This document shows, in pieces, positions 1 to 12,720 of a DNA stretch of 64,000 nucleotides; positions within the stretch are counted from its first letter, which is position 1, and each line of letters begins with the position of its first letter. The notes under the pieces are model-generated. The model had not been told where the DNA came from. It saw nothing but the letters and a program-made list of their open reading frames with translations, and did not search any database. This DNA comes from Azolla caroliniana (lineage: Eukaryota > Plantae > Polypodiophyta): the NCBI GenBank assembly GCA_043228905.1, contig JBHGNT010000157.1, positions 282-64,281 on the forward strand, written 5' to 3'. The translations under genes and the position numbers were made by a program.

Positions 1-851
1 CGATTAGGCTCCCATTGCAAAACTTCATGACTCCGTTCTGGATGCTACCCATGTAGCCATGGGTAGCCTTCATCATCTAGCCGATCAGCTGATATCAGGT
101 TCAACCAAACCTCCGGAACGTGTCAGACATCCTTCAACAACAGCTTGCACCTGGTTGATGTCGTCAACCACACATCTCCTATGCCGGTGAGCTTGAACAT
201 GTCCCTCATCTTCGACTTCCACACTGGATAGTTGGAGCCGATGAGCTTGAACATGCTTCTGAATGACTCTTCCATTTTCTTCAAGGTTTAGAACCTTGTT
301 CTGATACCAGTTTGTGAGGAATAGCGCTCGACAACAACCGAATCATACACTTAATGGAAGAACAAAACAAGTCTTAAAACACTTCCAGTTGGGCAACAGA
401 GAAGATACATGATGTTTACGTGGAAAACCCTAATAGGGAAAAACCAAGGAAGCCTACCGACTTCAACTATCGCTATAAGGTGAAGATACAATGCGAGACT
501 CAGAGGCAATGACCTCTAGCCCTATATCTCCGCCAACCGACGGTTACAACAGAAAAGCTTTCTGTATCTCACGCTCTCTCTCTCTCTCTCTCAAGCTCTC
601 TCAGTCTATACATTTGTAATAATAACAACTCTAACAACTACCCAGAAGTGGTTTCCCTAAGTCATATTTATACTTATATGACTTTAGGGCTATTTACAAA
701 TATGGCCATGACCAGCCCTTTAGAAACATATTTACAGATATGTCCCTGGATCTAGTTCACACCGGATTGATCCGGATATCTTCAGGATCCGTCCGATCCG
801 GCTCCTTCGGTTTTCATCCGGATCCCATCCAGAGGGACCAAATTCCCAACA
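1..851 (-). mobile_element. Ty1/copia (Tork/Tto1-like) 5' end: LTR 313-851, PBS, internally deleted gag-protease; runs off the left edge
   Basis: Minus-strand LTR TGTTGGGAATT...CA resembles the LTRs at 47724 and 30630. PBS TGGTATCAGAAC (iMet type) at 298-309. Translation MEESFRSMFKLIGSNYPVWKSKMRDMFKLTG|IGDVWLTT...HVPEVWLNLISADRLDDEGY matches the 59459-61051 protein with a large deletion. Confidence 0.85.
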
Positions 852-1053
852 CATCTCTATCTATCTATCTATCTTCAATAGTTTCTCGCTTATGCTAGTA
901 AAACATTGATCCTTCCAGTCCAGGACCTCAGCAATCCCGCTTCATTATCTTGAACAATCCTTTCGATCCTCCATCACCACTTGTAGATAGAGGCCCAATG
1001 CTTGTTTGCGCACGTGTCACACGCACATTGCAACGTGCTTCGCGACATCGTTT

Positions 1054-1070
1054 TGGTGAACCCAACGTGA
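1054..1070 (+). promoter_or_regulatory. Primer-binding site complementary to the tRNA-Trp 3' end
   Basis: TGGTGAACCCAACGTGA just after the LTR end; the complement of the plant tRNA-Trp 3' end is TGGTGAACCCGACGTGA (recalled, one mismatch). Confidence 0.75.
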
Positions 1071-1500
1071 GCAACACAAGGTGGTAATGGAGGCATCACA
1101 AATGATGGATTTGGTCTTGCCTTCTTACGACTTAACATCTATAAGAATAGAAGGTGGTCTAAGGCTCGTAATCGTTCCATTTGTAAGGAAGGCCATTGAA
1201 ATGATGTAGCATGATGATAAGGATAGAGCGATGGAGTATCTCGAGTTGGCAAGGCAATTCGAAAGACTATATCAAGAAGTTCCGAATTGGTATGAAGCAG
1301 TTATGACATCAAGATTCAGGCCTCAACCTTTTCATGATGACGAAGATGAAGATGATTGAAATCGTTGTAGTTACGGTCATGAAGAGACATGTGACGAAGA
1401 ACATGGATTTGAAGGGAGAGATCGTGATCGACCTACCTATGGTCATCATGAATATCGTTGCAAACTCAAGAGAAGAGAGAGATGCAATGAAGAAGGATGT

Positions 1501-1720
1501 GATCGTGAAGAGACATGCCACAAAGATCGTGGGTTCAAGACAAAAGATCAAGATATTCGAGGATACAATCATGAAGAGAGATGCAATGAAGAACGTGGGC
1601 TCAAGAGGAAAGATCGAGATATTCGAGGATGTGATCGTGAAGAGACATGTGATGAAGAACATGCCAGGCTGAAAACAGAAGAACGAGATATTCGAGGATG
1701 CAGTCGTGAAGAAGAACGTG
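1501..1720 (+). repeat. ~66-bp degenerate tandem repeat (3-4 units) encoding charged 22-aa repeats
   Basis: Units start near 1501, 1567, 1633 and 1702, e.g. GATCGTGAAGAGACATG...GATCGAGATATTCGAGGATGT; reads DREETC..ERG.K.KDRDIRGC in the frame of the ATG at 1087. Confidence 0.7.
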
Positions 1721-3271
1721 CAACGGAAAACGTGAGCTTGCAGGGAAAGATTGAAATCTACACGGTTATGATCAAGACAAAGATCATTGCAAACTCACAA
1801 GGAGTGCTCGAGATCTACAAGGTTATGATCGTGACAAAGATTATTGTAACCATAAGAAGAAAGGAAAGAAGTGATTATGAGGACTACCCATGGGAACGAA
1901 GGGAAAGATGCATAGAGATGGTGGGATGTTCAACTAAACAGAGGAGGTCGTATTGCCAACATTTCCATCTCCCATCTCAAAGAAAAGGATTGGCCAATTC
2001 GAAGAAGCACCTGGTTTTTAGATTCGGTTTGACAAGACACATCGAGTGCATCCCAAGATAATCGAAGAAGAAGGTTGGGTATTGGTCTACGACAGTAGCC
2101 TTGACAACCAACACAGGACGACAAGAGAGTTCGCAAGAAGGTGGTTCAGATCGTATGTGGTGACAAGTGTCAACGACAATGCCACCTACCACCTCACGGA
2201 GGTAGACGGATCGAGGTTGGCCATACCCGTTGTGGGAAAGAGAGTAAAGATGTTCAAGAAAAGACAAGATGAGGGTCCTGACATCAATGACCTCAAAAAT
2301 GAAGATAGTAAGGCGGAACCCACAAACATGAGCGAGGTCAACGAGGACGTCGAGGAAATTGATTGATCACCATAGCCGAAATCTCACACTCTCTTCTTGG
2401 CACGTACCGAAGGACATGCGGTTTGGTGGGGGTGGATGTCATGAAGATTTTCAGCAACGGTGTGAAAATCGTGTGGAACAAACAAAATCGGGAAGGTGCA
2501 ATGTGCACACGAATGAAAGAGGTTACACTCGTATGTTAGCATGTTGTAAATATGAATGAAATGAGAACCGGGAAAAGAAAGGCTAGATGTAAGGTTAAAC
2601 ATGTGTAAATGTGATGATGTACGCGCATTACACAAACACTTGAAAATAAGCTTAGGGCCTAATGACTTTTTCTTGCATACTGTGCAAGTAAGGATGCACC
2701 TCCAAGATAGGAGACAACTAACTTATCACTAAGCTAAGTTGTTTCTTTAAACTTTATTCATTGTATTTTTCACATGTAAATTCTTGACATACATGAGAGC
2801 TTGAATGAGTGACATGGCCATCATGCATCACGTGTGATGCATGATCGCGAAATGGCAATCATGCATTGTATGCATGTCTTGTACTCTCACATGCATCATA
2901 TGCATGGGGCCATGTATAAAACAAAGGAAGAAAGAGAAAAGAAGAAAGCGATGTACTGAATCAAAAAATTGTTAATAAAAAATTTAGTTATCCTATTGGT
3001 GATGTATCTTGTTTCTCAAATTTGAAGTCAAGGGTTCAATCTTAGAATTGGAATCTCCCTCTCAATCTATCTATCTATCTTCAATAGTTTCTCCCTAATG
3101 TTAGTAAAACATCGAGTCCTTCCGGTCCAGGACTCGACAATCCCGTTTCATTATCTTGAACGATCCTTTCGATCCTCCATCACCACTTGCGGATAGAGGC
3201 CCGATGCTTGTCCGTGCACATGTGACACGCACATTGCGACATTTGGCACGTGTGTCACGTGCTTTGCGACA

Positions 3272-5989
3272 CCGGTTAGTGGCGAAAAGATATGTGCAGA
3301 CCCATGGAATCGATTATGACAAGACCTTTGCTCCGATAGCGAAGATGACGGCAGTTCATGTGGTGCTAGCGGTTGCTATGGCAAGGGGGATGGCATCTTC
3401 ACCAGATGGACGCAAAGAATGTGTTTCTTCAAGGTGACCTTGAAGAACAGGTCTACATGATCCAGCCCCGATGAACGCGTCGGCAATGTGGCGACTCAAG
3501 AAGTCGCTTTACGGCCTAAAGCAAGCTCCCCATGCTTGGAATTTGGAAATCACGCACTGGTTGCGTAAGATGGGGTTTGTGGCCTCCAAGTCTGGCTCCT
3601 CGTTGTTCATCCAGAGAGGTCTGGAAGGTTGGATATGTATCTTGCTATATGTGGATTATCTAGTCATCATCGGACCCAGACTCGCTGAATTGGCCGAGTG
3701 GAGTCCCAGTTGTTGGATGCATTCGAAATGAAGGACCTGCGGGACCTTCATTACTTCCTCGGGATCAAATTGATCCACACTATTATACTGACACGGTATA
3801 ACCAAAAAGCTAGTCGGTTATATCGATGCCGATTGGGCCAGTGACACATCAGATCATCGGTCCACTTCCGATTATATGTTCTCTCTCGGGAGCGTGGTTG
3901 TTGCATGGAGCAACAAAAAGCAACCAACAGTGGCTCTTTCGAGCACTGAGGCTAAGTATCGAGGTGCTATCGTCGCCACCTGTGAAGCCATCTGGCTTCG
4001 GCGGCTGCTACAAGACCTCCGGATCTAACTATCGACTCTGATCTCGATCTACTGCGACAACATGAGTAGCATGCAAATGACCAAGAACCCCGTGTTCCAT
4101 GCTCGGACGAAGCACATAGAAGTGCATTATCACTTTGTGCACGAGCGGGTCCTCAGCGGTGAAGTCGAACTTCGGTATGTTCAAACGGATCGGTTGCCAA
4201 CATCTTCACCAAGGCACTTGGAACTGACAAGTTGCAGCATTATTTAGAGATGCTTAGTCTTCAGCATCTCGACATGTCGCACTTGAGGGGGAGAACTGGA
4301 ACAGAAACCAGGAAAACATGTAATGCCAGAGAGAAGGAAACTGAAATAAGGGAAGACCAAAGGAAAAAGGGAGCCAAGTTGACTGAAGAAGTTGTCACAT
4401 ACGAAGAAGTCGGAACAAGCGGCGACGACGGTAGAGTCAAGAAGGACAAAACCGACCAGAAGAAGAAGACCAAGACCCGAACATGGTCTGATGTGGTAAA
4501 GGGTCTGAAGATTGCGGACGAATTGGAGACATCCAATCCGGACAAGAGCTAGATCAAATCGGTGGCACCCGATTCGGAAGAGGCGTTTGATTCAGAGGAG
4601 CCGAATCAACAAGAGGCCAAACGAACGAGAAAGTAGCGGAAGTCGACACCGACATGGAGGAACCGACGAGTCAAGAAGCGGCAAAGTCACAGCAGCGAGG
4701 GAGCTAAGTTGGGCCTTATGAGCAGGCAAGCCGACCGAGAAGGTCGAGGTGCACGGAACCAAACAATCGAGGAGCGCAAGCAAGGCGGGCAGATGCCAGG
4801 AGGAGCTAGAGGGAAGGACCTGTAGACACTGACACCACGATCCGACCTCAAGTTGAGCTTAAGGGGGAGTGTTGAGCGGACAAGCTCGATCAGATCTGGA
4901 TCGATTGAATAAGCCAGAGCCGGATCGGTATCCAGAATAGAGAACCGGATAGGTATCTAGATCGGTATCCTGAACGAAGTGCCGGATCGGATTGTAACTG
5001 GTAAGCCATTAGAGGCCTACGATCCCAGCCTAGTACGTAGGCATATGTTTAGGAATCAATGTCAGTCGCTCGCATAGTATGAACCATACGTACCATTTGT
5101 GCATTCGTGTTTGAGAATGATAAACACCCTCAAAGAATGATAAATACTATACTTTTACAAATTAAAGCAATTACAAGCTTTATAGAATAATTACAGAAAT
5201 GATATAGAAATTTCAAAATTTATAAAGAAATTACAGAAATGATAGAAATTACAAAGAAATTACAGAAATTATGAAAATTACAAAGAGATTACAAAAATCA
5301 CAGAAATTACAAAGAGATTTCAGAAATTTCAAAGAAATTACAAAAAAATTATAGAAATTACAAAACATTTACAGAAATTATTGAAAAAGTTCAGAAATTT
5401 CTATACTACATAGTACATACTATGACCTAAAGTTTAAATAACTTTAAACCCTATTATTAACCCTAAATATACCTGAATCTCGTTGGTATGCAGATCGTTG
5501 AAGCAACAGATCGTTCGAGGCTAGGTGGGAGAGGAGAGGAGAGCGTAACATTACGTTGATGTGCAGAGGAAAAGGGGGAAAAGGGGGAAAAAGAGGGAAA
5601 AAAGAAAAGAAAAAAAGAAAAAAAAAGAAAAAAAAGGAAAAAAACACACGAATATTTGAATATCATTCATGTTCGTTTTCCAACGTAGGAAAACGAATGA
5701 TATGGTAGACGAACACGAATTTTACGTGCTATGGTCGCTCGTATGAGCATTGAAGTACATGTCAATACTTCTATCAGTCCTTTTAAGGAATTGTATAAAA
5801 GTGCTCACTGAGCACATCGTATGTACAAAGTGTTATTTTGAAATTGAGTTCTATTGTTCTGTTCTCTCTGTATCTCCTGAGTACTCTCTCTCTATGTGAT
5901 TTAAGCTTTCTATTAAACCTGTGTATATTCCCTGTTGCTATCCAGTGAAGCTGGTTTCTTCTACAAGCTTCCACACGTAAGTCTTTACA
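3272..5989 (+). mobile_element. Degenerate Ty1/copia 3' half: RT/RNase H pseudogene ~3272-4290, PPT 4859-4869, 3' LTR 4870-5989 (interrupted by a MITE)
   Basis: RLVAKRYVQTHGIDYDKTFAPIAKMT, LKKSLYGLKQAP, LLYVDYL and NPVFHARTKHIEVHYHF motifs with frameshifts. LTR TGTTGAG...TTTACA is similar to the LTR at 57562-58083. Confidence 0.85.
5073..5733. mobile_element. Non-autonomous hAT-type element (MITE) inside the copia LTR
   Basis: Termini CATAGTA.../...TGCTATG with a perfect 8-bp TSD GTCGCTCG (5065-5072 and 5734-5741); internal AGAAATTACA-type repeats at ~5150-5400. Confidence 0.85.
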
Positions 5990-7884
5990 TTTTCTATATG
6001 CTATCCTTGCTTTCTAATGGAGATACTTTGAGTCTGTATAAGGCATCAAAAAGTTTTACAAAGTATCCTAAATCTGGATCTAGTTATCCTCTTTTAATAC
6101 TAACTTACTTTTTCTATCATTGTTTTTGTTTTCTAGCTTTAATTTTGGCACAAAAGACATTGTTGGGAACATATCCTCATCTTTTCTTCATGAATTTAGA
6201 ATTAAGATGAAAACATTTTGAGCATCACAATCTTCTTATCCATTTCTTACGTTTCCCTACTTTTGACTTTTGTAAAACAACCGTTATCTTGATCCATTCA
6301 AATTTATTTTTTCTTTGATGTTTGTGATTCTTATATCCTCGATATTGACCTCTATTCTTGAGTGCCCTAGCATTCAACGTATTTGCAACAATGTTTTAAC
6401 AAAAATTGGCAACACATTAGGGAGTGTATTGTGTATCTAATTGAACTCATCATACACCCTTAACACACTCATTTCTTACCCTTGTTCTCTTCCCATTTCA
6501 TCAATGTGTCACAAGTCATTTGTGGCTCATACTCGAGCATGAACTCAACCAACAGTTCATGATCGAGTATGAGACACAAATGACTTGTGACACATTTCAA
6601 ACTCTTCCCACATTGTCTTTGCAGCGTGGATTTCAATAACTCATTTTTGTATGCTACTTGCAACAATGTGCTTAAAACTTGATATTTGCCTTGCTTCAAA
6701 CATATTGGTTTTCTCTTCTATGCATGACAAGTAACTCCATGGCATTCCTTCCATAAAACAAACTAGCCATCTCTATGGTGTGGTCGATGGTTGTGTCAAG
6801 ACTTATGATTATCCCTAGCCCTCATCATTCTTTTAATAATTCCCATCATCTTCCTCAGCTCTTCCGCTTGGTTGCTTGCGAGGCCATATTCACATTGAAT
6901 CTTCAATTCTTTAGGTCTTCATCTTGCTTTCTTCCTAAAAATGTTTATGTTGGATTCACAATAACTTATGTCATGAAAACTCTCATGTGGATGTGAACGT
7001 CAAGTGAGACCATCGGGACATTAGACCTGAAGGAATTAAGGAGACATGTACTTTTGAAGATAAATGATATAGATTGCTAGATATATAGACAAATGAGAGA
7101 TATGCATATAAGATACAAAAGACAAGCGATCGAACAAGACATCGGTTTTGTACAAGTAGTCCCATCACCTGGTTGGTACTTCCATTCCCCTTAACTCCTA
7201 TGTGGCTAATTATTGAGACTTACATTCATAACTTTCTACAATTGCCTTTGATTTCCTTATGAGACAAATAGTTCTACTAATTGCAAAATAAATCATTTGT
7301 TTTACTTTCTTTATATTTATAGTATGTGTTTACTAATTTATTGTTTTGTAGATGTAGTACATCAAACAACAACACAATGTAGAGAGCTAGCAAGTAGCAA
7401 GATTGATAATAAGTTATAGGTAATCATACAATATTCCACAATAGGTAAGGGTTGATGCATAGGGTAAGGGTTGATGCATAGTAGATCATGACTCCATCAC
7501 TTGGCTAGTACTTCCATTGTATGGTGATTAGCTTTATTAATCATCAAATTGTCCCTTTACTTCCCTTTCTTTATATTTACACTAGGTTTCTTAATTTATA
7601 TTATTGTTTTCATACTAGTAGGCCATAAGACAATCAACACTTAACAATGTAAGGAGCAAGGAAATAAAAAGATTGATCATCAAACATTGGTCACTAGAGG
7701 GAGAGTGAGAGGAAGAGGGAGTATACAACACAATCTTTTACACATACATTCTCATCCGAAGTTGAAGATCCAAACTTTTCACTTGCTTGGTTAGCAAACC
7801 TCACCCATTCATTTTGTGTTCCTTCCGAGAACAAGGATTGTTTATAATCACCTCAATGCTTTAATCTATATATATATATATATA

Positions 7885-8096
7885 TGAAAGCTCTATTTGC
7901 CCCCCCATTTTGGCTATCCCCCCCCCCCCATCCCCCATTTTTTTTACAATTTCTGATAGTTCTCACCTCGGGAGAAGTCACTATTTGAGTACTCTACCGG
8001 TCGCAAATATTCCAAATGTGGTCAAGCTGGTCACAATGCACGCACTTGCGATTGGGGGGGGATAGCCAAAATGGGGAGGGGCAAATAGCGCTTTCC
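7885..8096. mobile_element. ~210-bp TIR element (Mutator-like MITE) in a (TA)n tract, carrying a zinc-knuckle coding fragment
   Basis: ~45-bp inverted termini (G)GAAAGC(T/G)CTATTTGCCCC...ATTTTGGCTATCCCCCC; internal frame SPREKSLFEYSTGRKYSKCGQAGHNARTC. Confidence 0.75.
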
Positions 8097-9499
8097 TATA
8101 TATATTGAAAATTTGTGAATTACATTGTTGGCACGATTTGGGCTAAAGAAGGATTGTGATGTAACTTTTAAATAAAAAAATCCAAGGCACACTAGAAGCA
8201 AAATTATACTCAAATTTGTCTCTCATTGGTGGGAGGCAAGTGATAAACATTCTTATACTAAGTTGTTCCACAAGGATCATGACAAAATTTCCAACTAGGA
8301 ATTGTAAGTATTGGAGACAAATTTACATTAAAGAAAAATTCACAAGCAATGGGACTCAAAAGTCATATCTTTGGATTTCACAAAATCTAGCACCCTTTCC
8401 ATATGGGGATATTCATGCCCAAGAAAACACAAAGAAGTTTGCTAACCAACCAAGAGCATTGTCATATGGAAGTTTGCTAACCAACAAAGAAATTTGACAA
8501 GTGATGGGGACGCAAACTCACACCTTTGGATTTCAGAAAATCTATCACCTTCTCATATCATGATGCTCGTGACCAAGAAAATACAAAGAAGTCATAAACA
8601 TCCAAGAAATTTTAATGGCTAAATATGAGGACAATTTTCCAAAAGTCAAAATTAGAAACAACGCAAGTGATAAGAAATTTATGATAGAGAAAAACAGTCA
8701 TAACTTCTCCATCCAACTCCAAATTAACCAAAACAATTTTTGCGCAAATGCTAATAGTGAGAACTATAATATATTAGTGTGTATGTAAAAATTGGAACCA
8801 CGAAACAGAAATAGTGATGGAAAAGTAAGTCGGTTGCAAAAGAAAATAACTAGCTTTATATTTATGAAACTTTGTAAAAATCTTGAAAACCTCATATAAA
8901 CTCTAAGTATCTCTATTAGAAAGAAAGGATAGCCAACAAAAAACTCAAGCAAAACCGATAATGAAAGAGAGGAAGTGTTGAAGACGATAGATTCTTAAAG
9001 AAAGAATGATGCAGATTCAAAAAAAATGAGAGGCGAGAAGAGACTTACCAGAAGAAAGGACTAGTATAAATTATGGTGATTGAAACTCAAGTAATTGTTT
9101 CGTGTGCGGTTATATCTATGGTTTAAGGCATAATCCCAAATATTCACACAAATCACAAATTTTCTCAAATACATGTAGGAACGTAAATACAAAAATGAAA
9201 TATTGACATAAATCCAATGATACATACATACACACACATCTATACACATAAAAAGAGTTAATTACACATCCATAATGCACATTCACATGATTCTAATCAT
9301 GTGAGCTTATAAAACAAAAGCATGCAGATAAGAACAATATATAGACACCTGCTCAAAGCATATGCCTATTGTATACAATTTCACATGTCCTCACAAGAAT
9401 CAATCATATCCACGAGCACATGCACATTGACACAAAAGTGTGCAAGTGCACACACTTATCTAACTTAATAAAGTGTTAAGCAAACACTTCTTGGTCAAA

Positions 9500-10987
9500 C
9501 TAAAGACAAGGTTCAACAACATGTTCCAACGCACACAATCACCAGTAAATGCATATTTCCTACACACACAATCCGTACTCACAAGGATATCCATGCAAAA
9601 TGGGAAAAGAAACTCAATTAAAGAAGGTCAAAAAGGTTCCATCTCCACTATCATCTCCCACAACCCTAATTGTCAATCCATTTTCAAAGATGTCTTCCCT
9701 AGTTCATGTCTTTTATGGTCCTGCTCTACATTCACATGCCCATCATCCTTAAATAGTTCTGGCGTCAACTTATCAAAGAATGGAAGTTTGATTGTTTATG
9801 TGATAGTTGACACACGCCTTGGCAAGGCATGCACTTTCTATGCTTCTACACGTTGTGCATTGAGCATCACATTTCAATGGATTTCTTCAATAGAAATATT
9901 TCTCATGCCTCTATGTATGATCATGTGCTATTTTCTGTCCTACAAGGGTCATGTAGGTGTCATATGGTGCATTATGAATCCATGCTCACAATTCTTGAAA
10001 AATGTTTTCAAACTCAGCTATGTGAGTGACAACCAAATTGGATCTCTTCATCTAAACACTCTACATCAAGTAGACCTTATTTGATGGGTGTTATTTTTGT
10101 ATGTGTCACAAAATCCCTCCACATCTTTCTCAAAGTTTGAAAATCTATTATCAAGAAGTGAACATCATTAATCAAGTGTGTCTCCATTGTCTATTCTTGC
10201 CAACAAGCTTCCATTGTTGCCTTTGAATCAAAACAGATTCCCAAATATAGACCTTCTATAGGGAAAATTTTGTTCCATCAAAAATCCCTATTTGTGATCC
10301 TCCTCTTCTTGATGTTATCAAATCCTTTGGATCTTCTTGTGGACAATAAGGTACTTGTTGACTCATGTGAGTATATTGATGACATGGTGGTTGTCCTTAA
10401 GTATTTGAGCTCCCAACTCAAGTTGAATCTTCCTTTACACTCAATGATGAATTAATCTTCATGTTCTTTTTTCTTGTGCATGTTTTCTTTCAGTTTCCAT
10501 GAGCGTTGTTTAGTCTTCGTGAGCTCTTCTTGTTTATCATATTGTAGATGAAAATATCCCTCTAATACTACTTGTTGGAATTAGGAGAACGTGACACTTG
10601 ACCTAATATCTAAAGTTCCAAGATCCTAATTCACCTCTAGAGAATAGAAGGCAAGCAATGGCAATTACCAAGATGATAACACAACATTCACAGACATAAT
10701 GTGACAATATTGATGAATTCATAAAACCAAAGTTGGTTACTTCTATTTTCACAATAGTAAGTACACAAGTCCTCTCTCATGCACACCCTAAGCCCCATCT
10801 CTCTTGAATGGTCAATTGAAAAAAGATCAACACCTTCCAATGTCTAAGTTGTTCATATATATAGTTGAGCTTGGAGGATTATTCCCATTGCTACACATAG
10901 GAGCCTTTGTACAAATAAAAGGGATTAGGGTTAAGGGTGTTGAGAGGAGAATATAGGGGAGAGAAGTTTCTTGCGACAAAGTCAACA
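9500..10987 (-). mobile_element. Possible very old LTR element remnant (putative LTR 10573-10987, decayed iMet PBS, decayed internal region)
   Basis: Minus strand reads TTCCAACA-AG-TAGTATTAGAGG, a decayed LTR end plus TGGTATCAGAGC; candidate far end TGTTGAC at 10987. No convincing protein motif, and the left boundary is approximate. Confidence 0.3.
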
Positions 10988-11133
10988 TTGCTTATGGCAT
11001 TCAACCTAATGTACTTACAATGATAAAAAAGACCTAATCTTTTGCAAGCTCATATCATGTATACAAAGATTGTTTAATTCAAAATTAATGTTTAGCAGAA
11101 CAAAAACCCTTAGAAAATTTAACTTGAAACTTG

Positions 11134-11410
11134 CATAGTACGTAAAATTCGTGTTCGTCTAGCATAACATTTGTTTTCCTATGTTGGAAAACAAATGCGA
11201 ATGTTATTCAAACATTCTTGTGTGTTTTTTTCTCATTTTTTTAATGTTTTTTTTTAATGTTTTTTCCATTTTTTAGGCTTATTTACCTCATAATAAATAG
11301 TTAATCCAAAAGTATGGTATTTATCATTCTTTGATGGTGTTTTTCTTACACGAATGGTTCAATCATTCTCGAATGCGAATGCACGTATGGTACGTATGGT
11401 TCATACTATG
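11134..11410. mobile_element. Shorter second copy of the hAT-type MITE, inverted relative to 5073-5733
   Basis: 11134-11230 is the reverse complement of ~5640-5733 and 11362-11410 of 5073-5121; TIR CATAGTA/TACTATG; TSD not recognisable. Confidence 0.8.
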
Positions 11411-12399
11411 CAAGTTGAAAGGACAATATTCCTCAATAGAATGAGGAATATGTTTTGAGTTCATCAAACCAAAACTGGCAAGTCACTTTGGCCATGTCTC
11501 AACATTAAATTTGATGAAAAGTCCAAGTTGTATGAGACTCATCAAGCTTAATGTTTAATGTCTCTCATGAGGCCAATGTGACCTATGAGACCAAAACAAG
11601 ATACATTTCATAGCTCGTATAGTGAATCGAAATTAACAATCCATAAGCTAATGGGAAAGAGAACCAAAAACTAAAAGAGCATGTCGACATAAAATAACCT
11701 CTACATTTCTACCTTGTTTTCAAGAAGTAAACCACGAAAATTGACAAATAGTGAAGATGTGAGAACATTTAATGGTCTGGTATATTGAAGAATGGATTTA
11801 TTTGGACACAAACAGAACCAACATCCATAGGGAATGGAAGTTTAGATCACATTAAAGACTTGCACCCTAATACAAATTCCATTTTAGTTGTAGATTGGGA
11901 CGTGTGGGTTCAAACCCACTCAATTGGCATGCCATCTTACGCTGCATGTGTCTTGGTCTAAATTATTTCTAAAACAACGCATGTAAAGTAGATGTTCTCT
12001 AATGACACCATTGTGTGTACACTAAGCTTGATTCTATTAAAATAATATTCAAATGTAATAGAAGAGTTCTATTTGAAAATGCATGAAAGGCATAACAAAA
12101 TTAAGCCCAAGGATGCATTATTAAGTCTTGGTCATTATCTATCTATGCGGCATGTCCATTGGCCAAGTGACTTATTAAGGTTAACCCAACACATCAAGGG
12201 AATTTGCCATTTTATACATTTAAATGCCTTTCTTTAAAGAAAATCGGAAATATGCAAACTAGTATGTACATATTTGAGACCAAAACACACATACACACAT
12301 GATGCAAAACCGTTTTGTGATTTGGGTTTGTTAACAACCTTTTTGTTCTAAAAAACTATGCAATCAAAAGTGACAAGATGGAAGGAAGCGGGAATACTT

Positions 12400-12720
12400 G
12401 CGACCAAGAAATCCATATAATGAATGGCGCAACCTACTAGGAGGTCAGACAACCTTATTCTCTGGGTGAAGGATGGGTTATTCATTACCATTCTCAATTA
12501 TTGTGAATTGATGGGTAACAAATCACTTACACACAGGCAGTTTTAAGATAATTCCTTCTTGTTGACATTCCAATACCTTGTTAAATCAACCTTGGAATCG
12601 TAAAAGTCAAGGTTTGATTTTGGCAATCGATTTCTCATGTCATCCATATTGAGGGTTTCACGACATGACAATCCAAGCATTACCATAAATTGTGGGATAT
12701 GGTCAATGGAGCGAAAATAA
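12400..12720 (-). pseudogene. Possible hAT transposase C-terminal dimerisation-domain remnant
   Basis: Minus frame DSKVDLTRYWNVNKKELS*NCLCVSDLLPINS...TQRIRLSD resembles the hAT dimer pattern (xxWxxNxxxFP...LxxPxSS...ER.FS...RxRLS); stops and frameshifts present. Confidence 0.35.

Larger units (their letters stand above)
852..3271 (+). mobile_element. Internally deleted (non-autonomous) Ty3/gypsy: end of 5' LTR 852-1047, 3' LTR 2437-3271, integrase C-terminal remnant ~2020-2366
   Basis: 852-1047 repeats at ~3065-3271 (both end GCGACA). PPT-like GGTGGGGGTGGA precedes TGTCATGAAG at 2437. ORF 2046-2366 (WVLVYDSSLDNQH...FARRWF...GKRVKMFKKR) matches the integrase tail at 47570-47720/53070. Confidence 0.85.

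Noticed and set aside
9473-10084. 203-aa plus-strand ORF as a host gene
   Set aside because: Non-ATG start and no recognisable motif; it lies antisense to a probable decayed retroelement.
5073-11410. One large composite transposon bounded by inverted repeats
   Set aside because: The left copy has both of its own ends and its own 8-bp TSD, so the two copies are separate insertions.
11900-11925. tRNA/SINE head (GTGGGTTCAAACCCAC)
   Set aside because: B-box-like hairpin only; no convincing A box, tail or TSD.
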